Program-made: the position numbers and the translations under genes
In this document: positions 50,751-63,589 of the stretch, one piece after another
How the letters are laid out: every line of letters starts with the position of its first letter
Position numbering within the stretch: the first letter of the stretch is position 1
Notes under the pieces: model-generated
Databases searched by the model: none
Seen by the model: the letters and a program-made list of their open reading frames with translations, nothing else
What the model was told of the DNA's origin: nothing
Origin: Malacoraja senta
Taxonomy: Eukaryota
Assembly: GCA_038087875.1 (NCBI GenBank)
Contig: CM075991.1
Span: 620,001-684,000 of the forward strand
Length of the DNA: 64,000 bases
Reading direction: 5' to 3'

Positions 50751-53700
50751 CACTACATCCACTGGCTCTCCCTTGTCCATTTTTCTAGTTACATCCTCAA
50801 AAAATTCCAGAAGATTAGTCAAGCATGATTTCCCCTTCGTAAATCCATGCTCTCGGACCGATCCTGTTACTGCTTATCCAAATGTGCGGCTATTTCATGT
50901 TTTATGATTGACTCCAGCATCTTCCCCACCACCGATGTCAGGCTAACTGGTCTATAATTCCCTGTTTCCTCTCTCCCGCCTTTCTTAAAAAGTGGGATAA
51001 CATTAGCTCCCTTCCAATCCACAGGAACTAATCCTGAATCTATAGAACATTGGAAAATTATCATCAATGCGTCCATGGTTTCTAGAGCCACTTCCTTAAG
51101 TACCCTGGGATGCAGACCATCAGGCCCTGGGGATTTATCAGCCTTCAGTCCAATCAGTCTACCCGGCCACATTTCCTGCCTAATGTGGATTTCCTTCAGT
51201 TCCTCCGTCACCCTAGATCCTCTGGGCACTGGTACATCAGGAAGATTCTTTGTGTCCTCCTTAGTGAAGACGGATCCAAAGTACCTGTTCAACTCGTTTT
51301 CCATTTCCTTGTTCCCCATAATAGATTCACCTTTTTCAGTCTTCAAGGGTCCAACTTTGGTCTTGACTAATTTTTTCCTCTTTACATACCTAAAGAAGCT
51401 TTTACTATCCTCTCTTATATTGGCTATCTTACCTTCGTACCTCATCTTTTCTCCCCGTATTGCCTTTTTAGTTATCTTCTGTTGCTTTAAATGTTACCCA
51501 ATCCTCTGGCTTCCCGCTCATCTTTGCTATGTTGTACTTCTCTTTTATTTTTATACTGTCCCTGACTTCCCTTGTCAGCCACGGCCGCCCCTTTCTCCCC
51601 TAAGAATCTTTCTTCCTCTTTGGAATGAACAGATCCTGCACCTTCTGTATTATTCCCAGAAATACCTGCCATTGTTGTTCCACAGTCATCCCTGCTAGGG
51701 TATCTTTCCAGTCAACTTTGCCAGCTCCTCCCACATGGCCCCATAGTCCCCTTTGTTCAACTGTAATACTGACACCTCTGATTTACCCTTCTGCCTCTCA
51801 AATTGTAGATTAAAACTACAGTTAGATAAGTCCGATTAGGGTCCTTTTACCCTTACAATTCCTCAGTTCTATCCATACTGACTCTACATCTCCTGTTTCA
51901 ATGTCCCCCCTCGCAAGGGACTGAATTTCATTCCTCACCAACAGAGCTACCCCAGCCCCTCTGCCCACCTGTCTGTCTTTTCGATCGGACGTATCACCTT
52001 GAATATTCAGTTCCCAGCCCTGGTCCTCTTGCAGCCACGTCTCTGTAATTCCCACAACATCATACTTGCCGATTTCGAACTGAGCTTCAAGCTCGTCCAC
52101 ATTATTTCTTATACTTTGTGCATTCAGATACAACACTTTGACTTCGGTATTCACCTCCCCTCTCACTCTCCCTGTGGCTGTGGTGTTTACATGGCTGCTG
52201 CACTTGTAGCTGGGGTAGGAAGCTGGGCTTTGATGAGAATGCCATTGAATTGAAAGATGAGTTGGTTAGGCTGGCTCATGGAGGTGTCATTAGTCTGGCA
52301 CTCTTGTGCAACACACATAACGTGCCAGTTAGCAGGCCTTGTCTGAATGTTATCTCCATGCTGCTGCAGGCAGACAGCACCTGCGTCATTAGTTTAGTTG
52401 ACAGCTACAGATGATACATTGGTGTGTGACCTACATGAAGAGCTCAGATATGGTCAGGACACTGCAGTGTGATACAATGCGTAGAACTATATTCTGCACT
52501 CTAGTTTTCCCTTTGCTTGACCTGTTGTATTTGAGTTTGAACTGATTAAAATCAAACACCCATTGGCATGAATCTCTTTTCATTCTCCCCACATGCCCAT
52601 GTACGCCCCTCACAGTCTACCACACACCTACAAAGAGAGATGCCCTACACTGGCCAATTAACACTAATTCACACGTCCTTGGTGTCAGCTGAAGAACCCA
52701 GATGCAACCCACACAATTCAGGGAGAGCCTGCAAACTCCAGGCAGAGAGCAGCGGTGAGGATTGAACCCAGTTGGTGGAGCTACCTGACCTCTCAAGCAG
52801 CCGGCTCTGATTGTGACCGTGAGCCATCTGTGTGTGTGGATTTGACACCTTCCAGCAGCAGCCACGGGGGTTTCCTCCCACATCCCAAAGAAGTGTGAGC
52901 TGTGTAACCTGCTGCTTGTACACGTACACAGCAAAGAGTCAAACAATAGTTGACCGGCGTGTGACAGAGAACAAGTTTGGGCCTCCAGAGAAATAAGATA
53001 TGAAGAGACTGGTGACATTGCTCTGCTGAAAGAACAGCATGGGCTGAACATCCCCACTATATTGTGATAGATTGGACATGTTTGTGAGTTCTCTGTTCCA
53101 CCTGACGTGCAGCGACCCTCCATTCACCTCCATCACTGCCCAGATGCATTGCCAGACTGCTGTCAAACATGGCTGCCACCACCCACAAGGCCAACACCTA
53201 CACAAAGAGGCCTTTGATAGAGAGATACAGCATGGAGACAGGCCCTTCAGCCCACTGAGGCCATCCATCACATGTTCACACACTAGCTTAGTTTAGAGAT
53301 ACAGCATTGAGACAGGCCCTTCAGCCCACTGAGCCCATGCTGATCACTGATCTGTTCACACCAGTTCTATCTTATCCCACGTTCCCTGGAAGAACTGATC
53401 TGTGAAAGAACTCTGAGCACCTGAGAACAGGGATGTCCTGGGGCTACATCGATCTTTGTATGAAGTATGACTCCCACTCTTGGTGTGATGTCCACTTGAT
53501 GCCTCCTGACCAAGTAGGCCGATTGTCAAGTATTATTACCTCGGGTTTGGTGTCGTGGAATGCAAAGTCCTGGACCATCGATGTGGATACACGTTCCTTT
53601 CCCACCCTGGCAGCGCTGGGATTTAAATTCCACGTGTTCCAGAGGTTAATTGGCCCTCTGTAAATTTCCCCTGGTGTATCTGGAGTGTATGGTTAAGTGG

Positions 53701-56700
53701 GTTAACATTGAGCTGGTGTTAGAGATAGACAGGTGATCGATGTCGGCATCTGCAGTAAATAGCTCGCCAGTAACCGTAAAACTACCGGATGATTGGAAAA
53801 CCACACCTGGTTCACGAATGTCCCATATCATCTGTACCTTTGACTCTTGTAACATCTTGTAACATAGGAGGCTATTCGGCCCATTTAATTTAAATAGGCT
53901 GTCAGAGCAATCGTGCAGAGTTGGTAGGTGGCGTTTCGACAGAGCGGCCATTCAGTAAGTTTGCTTTTAGGCGACACAGCTTTTCGGTTCGTTGGCTTTT
54001 AGGCGTCCCGCCCTTTCGGTTAGTTTGCATTTAGGCGTCCCATCCTTTCGGTTAGTAGGCGTTTCGTCTTCGGACTCTTTCGGTTTATTGACGTTTCGGC
54101 CTCGTTTCCATTCGGTTCTTTGGCTTTGACTTCTTGTCTGTCGGCGCCACGTCCGGGTACCGCTTCTTGTCTGTCGGTGCCACGTCAGGGTACTGTGCTA
54201 CAGGCAGTTGACAGTCAAGCATATATTACAGAGGTGTAATCAAATGCAGCTTAGTTATAGCTGGGTACAATTGGGAGATGGTGGTGCAGAGAGAGCACAG
54301 GTTGCAGATCACGATTGCAAAGCTTTATTTGTGGTGATGATAGATGCCCTGGGTAGGCACGAGGCGCAGGGCCTATGTGAAGTGTGTAGGCAGCAGAATA
54401 TGTACTGAGTGGCCAACAGAGGGAGATGAGAGCTCAATCTCCAAATCTGCATAATGCAATAAGGATTGGATTACAATGCCTGTGACAGTGAGCACAGTGA
54501 GTGAATGATTGATTGTTGCATGGTTACGTCAGAGTAAGGAAGCTGCTGCCATTGATGGAGTTTAGAGATTCCTCACTGCAGTGATTGATTGATTCTGATA
54601 TGGGTGCGTGGTTGCAGATGAGCAATTAATACTGAAACAAACAACTGCAGATGCTGGTTTATACCAAAGACAGACACAAAGTGCTAGAGTAACTCAGTGG
54701 GTCAGGCAGCATCTCTGGAGAAAAGGAATTGGTGACGTTTTGTGTTGGGGCTTGTTTGAACAAGGGTTCCGACCCAAAACGTCACCAGAGATGCAGCCTG
54801 AAACGCTGAGTTACTTCAGCACTTTGTGTCTATCTTTAGTAATAAATGCTGGTCTGGTCCATGATCCCCTGACCCTCTGAATAAACAGGGATATAAGTGT
54901 AGAAACCAAACTGTTCGGGGGCATTCTAGGATGGGTGTGCAGCTGCACTGTGTATCCATAATCCCTGGTTCTGAGACAGAAACATTGCACAGTGGGTTCT
55001 GCCAAGAACCAAGGAGCAGCTGGATGAGATGTCACATGATGGGGTCATAAAGGTACAGAAACAGTATTGAGCTCCAACAAAGAGAGGGTGGGGAACGAGG
55101 AGAGAATGAAGAAGTGGATGCTCAAGGTGAGAGTGTCTGTGGTCCACAGTACATGGACAGGGTGATGGCATGGGCAATGGTTTGTTCTTGTCACTTGTAC
55201 CGAGGTACAGTGAGAAGCTTTTGTTTGTGTTTGTACAATGACAGTAAATGCTATCACACTCAAGGTCATACATCGGGTAGCGGTGTGGGGGAATGCTGGG
55301 CTGAAGAGCTGGACAAGGGGAAGACTTGTATTTTGGGCTATTGGGCCATTACGGGCAAGAGCATGTTGGTCTTGTAATCGCCCACCCATTAATCTCCGTG
55401 AGTTAGTTATCTACCAACTTACATGATGGGATTGGGGACACATCAAGATGTACCTTCTTGGAGACCATGGACAAGATGCTCAGAAACCCAGGAGGGAGAG
55501 GCAAGTTAGTTACTTGCTGTAATACAGAAGATGCCATTCAGCCCTTTGAGGCCATGCTGGCTTCCATCAGAGCAAATGCATCACGTTTCCTTTCTGTTTG
55601 CGACCCTGCATCTGTGCAACATTTTTCTCTCATGGATTCATACAGTGTGAACGCAGGCCCTTCAGCCCAACTTGCCTACGCCAACCAATATGCCTCATCT
55701 ACACTAGTTCCAATTGCCTGCGTTTGTCCTACATCCCTCTAAACCTTTCCTATCCATGTACCTGTTGAAATGTTTCTTAAACGTTGTGATGGTACCTGCC
55801 TCAACCACCTCCTCTGACAGCTCGTTCCATATTCCTACCACGAATGCCCATTGAACAATGAGAGTCACTTGGATAAGGTGGGCAGTACAAAGCTCAGCTT
55901 GCTCAGTGAGGCTGTGATGTGCTGGATTATTGGTTGCAGCCTCTAACCTGACTTGAAGGCATTGCTTCTAACCTGGGCAAGTGTGGACCATGATTGAACA
56001 GAGGCCTGAAGCTGGTCTCAGTCCTGCCGCCTTTGTGGACGTGTTGTGAGGAGCATGGAGCACCACACAGCGTTACGGTGGCAGCGTGTAGAGTCAATCA
56101 TCCACTCCATGTCCATCCAGGCATGTACTTTGACCGGGTTCACCCAGACGGCTGTGTAATGATGAACTCCTTGCTCTTTAGCTGTGATGATATTGTGTAA
56201 TCATTTGCAGAACATGCTTTACCTGGTGATGAGGATGAGACGTGTGGTCACCTTTCCCACTAGCAGTGTCATGTCAGGGCTTGGCATTTTTCATTTCAGT
56301 TTAGTTAATTGTCACATGCACCGAGGGACAGTGAAAAGCTTTTGTAGCATGCTAACCAGTCAGCAGAACGACAATACATGATTACAATCGAGCCATTTAC
56401 AGTGTACAGATACATGATAAGGGAATAACGTTTGGTGCAAGGTAAAGCCAGTAAAGTCTGATCAAGGATAGTCTGAGGTAGATAGTAGTTCAGCACTGCT
56501 CTCTGGTTATGGTAGGATGATTCAGTTGCCTGATAATAGCTGGGAAGAAACTGTCCCTGAATGTAGAGGTGTGTGTTTTCACACTTCTGTACCTTTTGGT
56601 GTGACTCATCCTTGATTATGCTGCTGGCCTTGCCAAGGCAGCGTGAGATATAAATGGAGTCAGTAGAAAGAAGGTTGGTTTGTGTGATGGTCTGGGCAGC

Positions 56701-57469
56701 GTCCACAATTTGAGGGCCAAGTCTCAGTCCGTTCTGTTACAGAAAACTTTAAAACACACCACAAGGATCGGATAGGGCAATCGCGGCTATACTTCGGTTT
56801 CAACCAGCATCTGCAGTTCCTTCCTACACAAGGCTATACTGTATATTAGAGCACCTCATTTAAAAAATAAAAAATAAAATTATTTCAAAATAGACTTTAT
56901 TCAGGTAATAAATATACAATGCATGAATCGTGCAAAAAATTCATCCGATATTTTCGAAGGCTATACAAAATATTCAATGCAGTCTACATACATTACTCAT
57001 ATTTCACAAATTTATCCCCCACCCTTGCCACTCATGTGACCCACTGGCGTGGAATCCCTTCCCTTATTTTGAGGGGCGTCTCCACCACACCCTGCCCCCC
57101 ATGTCCAGCTGCGGAAGGACCCTAGACTGTGGGCCTCCCCCACCGAGCCTTGGCGTTGGCTGCACCGAGCTTCAGTGCGTCCCTCAGCATGTGCTCCTGC
57201 AGTCTGCAGCGGGCCAGTCGGCAACATTCCCCGACGAACATCTCGTTCCGCTGGGTGGTGAACAACGCTCGGGCAGACCAAAGAGCGTCTTTCAACAAGT
57301 TAATGACCTTCCAGCAGCACTCGATGTCAGTCTCTGAATGTGTCCCTGGGAACAGTCCGTAAATCAGAGTCCTCTGTGACGGAGCTGTTTGGAATAAACC
57401 GTGACAGGGACCCTTGCAGACCTCCCCAGACTCATTTGCGAATCCGGCGCTTGGGGGCTAGAGGTGGTC

Positions 57470-58280
57470 AGGCTGTCCTCATCCCTGTTCTCCCTTTCTG
57501 CTGGGGTCTTGGCAGTGGTGGGAGGCGTCTCGCCCACCCTGGGGGTGTTGGTGCCTGTGCGTAGGTGCAGGCTCTTTTAGGGCAGGCCCGGTAAAGGTGG
57601 CCTGCCTCCCCGCACAGGTTGCAGTTCTTGCCGACTTGGCAGTTCGTTGTCTCGTAGCCCCCCAGCTTGCAGTTCTTGCATTGGGCTGCCACATGCCCAG
57701 GCTTGTTGCATTTCCTGCACAGCCTGGGTTACCCCGCGTAGCTCATGTACCCTCAGTTCCCTCTGATAGCGAACACCGAGGGAGGGTGGATGATGGCTCC
57801 CTTCTTGTCCACCCTCAGCTTCACCTTCACTTACTGCTTGCTTGTCCAGATCCCGAACAGGTCCTTTATGTCCACACAGTTCCCTGCTCCCTTGACATAA
57901 CGAGACAGGAAGGTGAGGACATCCACGACGGGCACATGCGAGTTGAACATGTGCACCATGATCATCCGTTCCTTCTGGGTGGGGAGGGTGAAGAGCGGCT
58001 GCACCTTCAGCAGCGACAGCGGAGCCTCATTCCCCTTCTCCAGGAAGTCTTGCATCAACATCTGCCATCCAGTCGGATACTTGAAGGTAACGCCAAAGTA
58101 TCCATTACCCGGGAAGTCCTGGAGGCAGTAGATGTCCTTGGCCTCGAATTTGCAGACCTCCAGCAAGACCTTCCTCACGAACAGGTCCCGTGATAAGGGA
58201 GTCCCCTTGCTGAGGTCCTTCACATTGACTCGCAAGGTATTGTGGATACACTGTCCTCCCGCTCCAGTTGCTGCTGCCAT
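57470..58280 (-). pseudogene. Tx1 ORF1 (gag-like, ZCCHC3-related) with premature stops
   Basis: DIYCLQDFPG..F.VTF, KDLFGIWT, then CRKCNKPGHVAAQC, CKNCKLGGYETTNC, CNLCGEAGHLYRAC; in-frame stops at about 57832, 57754 and 57730. Confidence 0.8.
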
Positions 58281-58424
58281 TGTGACTGGATGAGGTGTTA
58301 GGTTGATTACCCAACCAGCATGGATCCACCTCTAAGCCAGCAACTGACAGACTCCTCGTCACCGACGTGACCTCCAATTTTGATCTGTGATCCACGACCC
58401 TTATCCTGGGAGGACCGCCAGAAC

Positions 58425-59301
58425 TGTTCTGATGTGTGTCTTGTGTGGGGGGTGGTGTGGTGGGGTAGGGGGGAAACCGCTTCGGTCGCCTCCACGGAGA
58501 GGCAACTTTTTCCATGTCGCCTCCCCGTGGCCTAACACCGAGGATCGGTACGGCCTTTCCCGGAGACGCGCCCAGGGCTTCAGCTGCGGGTGCTGAGGGT
58601 AGATGGGACTAAGGGGAGTCAAAAAAAAAAGTGTTCGGCACGGACTTGAAGGGCCGAGATGGCCTGTTTCCTTGCTGTTATGGTTATATGGGTGCAGCGC
58701 GGACTCTCGTCGAGGAGTCGGCGAGCCCTCGACGGGGGTCGCCGGAGGGGAGCGCCCCGTTCGCTGACCTGATGCTGCGGTCTGTGGAACTCCAGCTGGC
58801 GGGGCGTCCTGGACCTGGAATCCCTCGTTGGGGACCCTGGAGGAGAAGAAGCTCCAGCCCGCAGCCTACTTCGACCACGGGCGCGGCGTGGATTTACCAT
58901 CAGGAGCGGGGTCCCTCGCCGGGGATCCCTGGAGAGGAGCTCTGACCGCCGGCCCTGCCGTCTGCTGTGCTTCTGGCTGCGGATCTTCGACCACCGGCCT
59001 GCGGCCTTCACCAACCTGAAGCCGCGGTCTCCGGTGGGGCAACACCAAATCAGGACTTACCTGGACTTTATCTGGACTTTGCCTGTCTGAACTTCTGGAT
59101 GCCTGCAGCGGCGGCTGCGGAGGGTTGAGGACCCGACCACGGGGGGAAATGGAGGAGGACTGGCCAAATTTTGTGCCTTCCACCACAGTGATGAATGGTG
59201 GATGGTTGTGTATTTGTGTGTTCTTTTTCATTGTACTGCTGCTGGTAAATTCATTTCACTTGCACTTTATGTGCAAGTGACGAATAAAACTGATATTGAT
59301 A
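58425..59301 (+). mobile_element. GC-rich non-autonomous retroelement inserted in the Tx1 5' UTR, itself interrupted by a CR1 tail at about 58594-58689
   Basis: TSD agaac; 3' hairpin tcacttgcac-tttat-gtgcaagtga, then aataaa and tgata repeats; inner insert flanked by gggtgc. Confidence 0.65.
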
Positions 59302-60179
59302 AGAACCGACAGTGTATTTTACTGAAGTAGCAACAGATACTACACTTGATCCATCCTGGGGGAACCGCCTTTTTGATCACGGTCTCACCCCTGCCAGGTA
59401 AACACCTAATATAACTGCCGTTGTTAACAGTCAAAACAGACTGTTCCCCAAACAAAGTTCATGTGATCTTTTATACCGTTTTTTTTCTCTTGTTTGTTTA
59501 CTGTAATTAAGCCGTAGCAGATTTCACACAGACACTCCCGCATTCCTTTGTTATCAGAATGCTCTGATAATCTGTGGAATTCATTACCATAGATGGCTGT
59601 GGAGGCCTTCAATGGATATTTTTAAATTGGAGATTAACAGATCCTTGAGTAGTAAAGGTGTCAGGTTATGGGGAGAAGGCAGGAGAATTGGGTTGAGAGG
59701 GAGAGCTAGCTCAGCCACGATTGAATGGTGGAGTAGACTTGATGGGATGAATGAATGGCCTTACTCTGCTCCTATCACTAATGGACAGCGGCTGTAAATC
59801 ATGCTCAGACAAACATCCCCATGCTCTCGTTTTCTTCCAAACCAACCTCATGGCAGCCAAACAGATGTTGCATTACCTTTTGACCTCATTATCCCTTCCC
59901 CTTGTATGACTTAGACAATAGACAATAGGTGCAGGAGTAGGCCATTCGGCCCTTCGAGCCAGCACCGCCATTCAATGTGATCATGGCTGATCATCCCCAA
60001 TCAGTACCCCGTTCCTGCCTTCTCCCCATATCCCCTGACTCCGCTATCTTTAAGAGCCCTATCTAGCTCTCTCTTGAAAGCATCCAGAGAACCGGCCTCC
60101 ACCACCGACTTGATTCTTTTCCACTCTACTCTTTTACAATACACCTATTTCCTTCCAGTCAGAAAATGTTTTGTTGAAA

Positions 60180-60822
60180 TGTCTTTCGGCTTTCCGCAGA
60201 GACCGCTCCCTCCGTAAGTCCCTGGTCAATTCGTCCCTTCCCACCCAAACCACCCCCTCTCCTGGTACTTTCCCTTGCAACCGCAGGAAATGCTACACTT
60301 GACGCTTTATCTCCCACCTTGACTCCATTCAAGGACCCAAGCAGTCTTTCCAGGTGCGGCAGAGGTTCACCTGCACCTCCTCCAACCTCATCTATTGCAT
60401 CCACTGCTCTAGGTGTCTACATCGATGAGACCAAGCATAGGCTTGGCGATCGCTTCGCCCAACACCTCCGCTCGGTTCGCAACCAACCCGATCTCCCGGT
60501 GGCTCAGCATTTCAACTTCCCATTCCGAATCCGACCTTTCAGTCCTGAGCCTCCTCTATGGCCAGAGTGAGTCCCACCGTAAATTGGAGGAGCAGCACCT
60601 CATATTTCGCTTGGGTAGTTTACACCCCAGCGGTATGAACATTGACTTCTCCAACTCAGGTAGTCCCTGCTTTCTCCTTCCTTCCCCTCCCCTTCCCAGC
60701 TCTCCCACAGCCTACTGTCTCTGCCTCTTCCTTTCTTCTTCCCGCCCCCCCTCCCCTCCACCCCCACATTAGTCTGAAGAAGGGTCTTGACCCGAAACGT
60801 CGCCTATTTCCTTCGCTTCATA
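60180..60822 (+). mobile_element. Penelope-like element 3' fragment (GIY-YIG)
   Basis: LIYCIHCS..YIDETKHRLGDRFAQHLRSV..DLPVAQHFN..RKLEEQHLIFRLGSLHPSGMNIDF. Confidence 0.88.
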
Positions 60823-61272
60823 GGGGGGGGGATGTCGAGTGAGCTCACCAATGTGAAGTCAATGAACAAACTCTCTCAGCCACGCCAGTGTTGGCATTTC
60901 CACCGGGTTAACAGCACGCCGTATTACAGATGGAAGAACACAACCTGCTGGACATACTCAGCAGGCCAGGTGGCATTTGCAGAGAGAGCAACAGAGTTAA
61001 TGTTTCTGGTTCATGACCAATAAACAGCAAAGGAAGGTGGAACTTTATCGTTTTGTGATGTTACGGGACGCACTGATTTTGTGGTTGCTGAAAGATGGAG
61101 TTTGCTCATCTGTGCTCAAGGTGACCACTTGTAGGGTCCAGGAGTATGAGCTGAGAGAGAACTGTTGGATGATTCTATTAAAGGTAGACACAAAATGCTG
61201 GAGTAACTCAGCGGGATAGGCAGTGTCTCTGGAGAGAAGGAATGGGTGACGTTTTGGATCAAGACCTTTCTT

Positions 61273-62592
61273 ATAGACAATAGGTGCAGGAGTAGGCCAT
61301 TCGGCCCTTCGATGTGATCATGGCTGATCATCCCCAATCAGTACCCCGTTCAGCCTTCTCCCCATATCCCCTGACTCCGCTATCTTTAAGAGCCCTATCT
61401 AGGCTCTCTCTTGAAAGTATCCAGAGAACCGCCCTCCACCGCCCTCTGAGGCAGAGAATTCCACAGACTCACAACTCTCTGTGAGAAAAAGTGTTTCCTC
61501 GTCTCCGTTCTAAATGGCTTACCCCTTATTCTTAAACTGTAGCCCCTGGTTCTGGACTCCCCCAAACCCTTAACAATCTTATATGTTTCAATAAGATACC
61601 CTCTCATCCTTCTAAATTCCAGAGTGTACAAGCCCAGCAGCTCCATTCTCTCAGCATATGACAGTCCAGCCAATCCGGGAATTAACCTTGTAAACCTATG
61701 CTGCACTCCCTCAATAGCAAGAATGTCCATCCTCAAATTAGAGGACCAAAACTGGACACAATACTCCAGGTGTGGTCTCACTAGGGCCCTATACAACTGC
61801 AGAATGACCTCTTTGTTCCTATACTCAACTCCTCTTGTTATAAAGGCCAACATGCCATTTGCTTTCATCACTGCCTGCTGTACTTGCATGCTTACTTTCA
61901 TAGATTAATGAACAAGGACCCCAGATCCCGTTGTACTTCCCCTTTTCCCAAATTGACACCATTTAGATAGTAATCTGCCTTCCTGTTTTTGATACCAAAG
62001 TGGATCGCATATATCCACATTAAACTGCATCTGCCATGCATCTGCCCACTCCCTCAACCTGTCCAAGTCACCCTGCATTCTCATAGCATCCTCCTCACAG
62101 TTCACACTGCCACCCAGCTTTGTGTCTTCTGCAAATTTGCTAATGTTACTTTGAATCCCTTCATCCAAATCATTGATGTATATTGTAAATAGCTGCGGAC
62201 CCAGCACTGAGCCTTGCGGTACCCCACTAGTCACTGCCTGCCATTCTGAAAGGGACCTGTTAATCCCTTCTCTTTGTTTCCTGCCTGCCAACCAATTTTC
62301 TATCCATGTCAGCACTCTACCCCCAATACCATGTGCCCTCATTTTGCCCACTAATCTATGTGAGACCTTATCAAATGGTTTCTGAAAGTCCAGGTACACT
62401 ACATCCACTGGCTCTCCCTTGTCCATTTTCCTAGTTACATCCTCAAAAAATTCCAGAAGATTAGTCAAGCATGATTTCCCCTTCGTAAATCCATGCTGAC
62501 TCGGACCAATCCTGTTACTGCTGTCCAAATGTGCGGCTATTTTATCTTTTATAATTGACTCCAGCATCTTCCCCACCACCGATGTCAGGCTG
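61273..62592 (-). mobile_element. CR1/HER1 LINE 3' part (RT)
   Basis: [48 protein letters not shown]. Confidence 0.95.
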
Positions 62593-63589
62593 GTGATGAT
62601 GATTCTATTAGACAGTTAATCGTAGACCATACCAGAGGAGGCCACTGTCCGTTGTCTAAGAATGCTCCTTCAAAAACTGTCATCATGCAAGGTTTTCGAA
62701 CTGTTGACAATTCTTCCACCCACACAGATGCTGACTTCCTCCACAAGTTTGTATTTTGGTCTAGATGCCACCTACTTTAGTCTCTAGAATGTCCAAAACT
62801 ACCAGAAGATTGGCCTGTTAATTAAGACCTGTAAATAGGACAATTAAGACAGCTAATTGTTAATTGGGGCAGTTTCTTCCCAGCTGATATCAGGCAACTG
62901 AACCACCCTGTCGCCAACCAGAGAGCAGTCATGAGGTACCATCAACCTCATTGGGGACCATCGAGATATCTTTAATCAGACGTAACCTTGCACTAAACGT
63001 TATTCCCATTATCGTGTATCTGTACACTGTGGACGGCTCGATTGTAGCCAGATTGTAACGGTCTTTCTGCTGACTGGATAGCACGCAACAAAAGCTTTTC
63101 ACTGTACCTCGGTACACGTGACAGTAAACTGAAGGAAACTAAGCGTTTTAATGCAGCTTTACAATGAGCTGGTGAGAGCAGACCTGGGCTATGGAGTACA
63201 GTCTGGCTTCCAGCATCTGCAATCTCTCCAAACCCAACAGTCTCTTCCCATCCTGGATTGTTTTCATCAGGTTTACACTGAAGCTCTTCAAGATTTCATT
63301 TGTGCCCAATTCCATCCGCCCATCAGACAATTACTTGTTTCTCTGCCACAGAAGGCAGTGGAGGCCAATTCACTGGGTATCTTCAAGAGAGAGTTAGATT
63401 TAACTCTTAGGGCTAACGGAATCAAGGGATATGAGGAAAAAGCAGGAACGGCGTACTGTTTTTGGATGATCAGGCATGATCATATTGATTGGCGGAGCTG
63501 GCTCGAAGGGCCGAATGGCCTACTCCTGCACCTATGTTTCTATGTATATATTGCCCACCCTGATGGCCCTGATAACCAAGGGCCAGTTA

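Larger units (their letters stand above)
48802..52166 (-). mobile_element. Near full-length but disrupted CR1 ORF2 (APE endonuclease plus RT)
   Basis: VLYLNAQSIRN...VGITETWL (APE), KSPGPDGLHP, SGVPQGSVLGP, KFADDTK; tagacaa tail. Confidence 0.95.
56870..59351 (-). mobile_element. Tx1-clade (Keno-like) non-LTR retrotransposon, internally deleted: U2-derived 5' end, ORF1, ORF2 C-terminus, 3' UTR
   Basis: ORF1 with zinc knuckles at 58280-57470; ORF2 tail ...YGLFPGTHSETDIECCWKVINLLKDALWSAR...WGRPTV* at about 57445-57122; aataaa near the 3' end; 59332-59351 equals U2 snRNA nt 25-44. Confidence 0.8.

Noticed and set aside
52200..56700. Exons of a further gene (for example GPAT4, a human neighbour of GINS4)
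   Set aside because: No recognisable coding exon; mostly old repeat fragments
57470..58280. Host ZCCHC3 gene
   Set aside because: Has in-frame stops and is attached to a retrotransposon ORF2 tail and 3' UTR
59288..59351. Complete U2 snRNA gene or pseudogene
   Set aside because: Only 20 nt match. The nearby gttcttatca resemblance is created by the junction with an inserted element. No Sm site or downstream stem-loops were found
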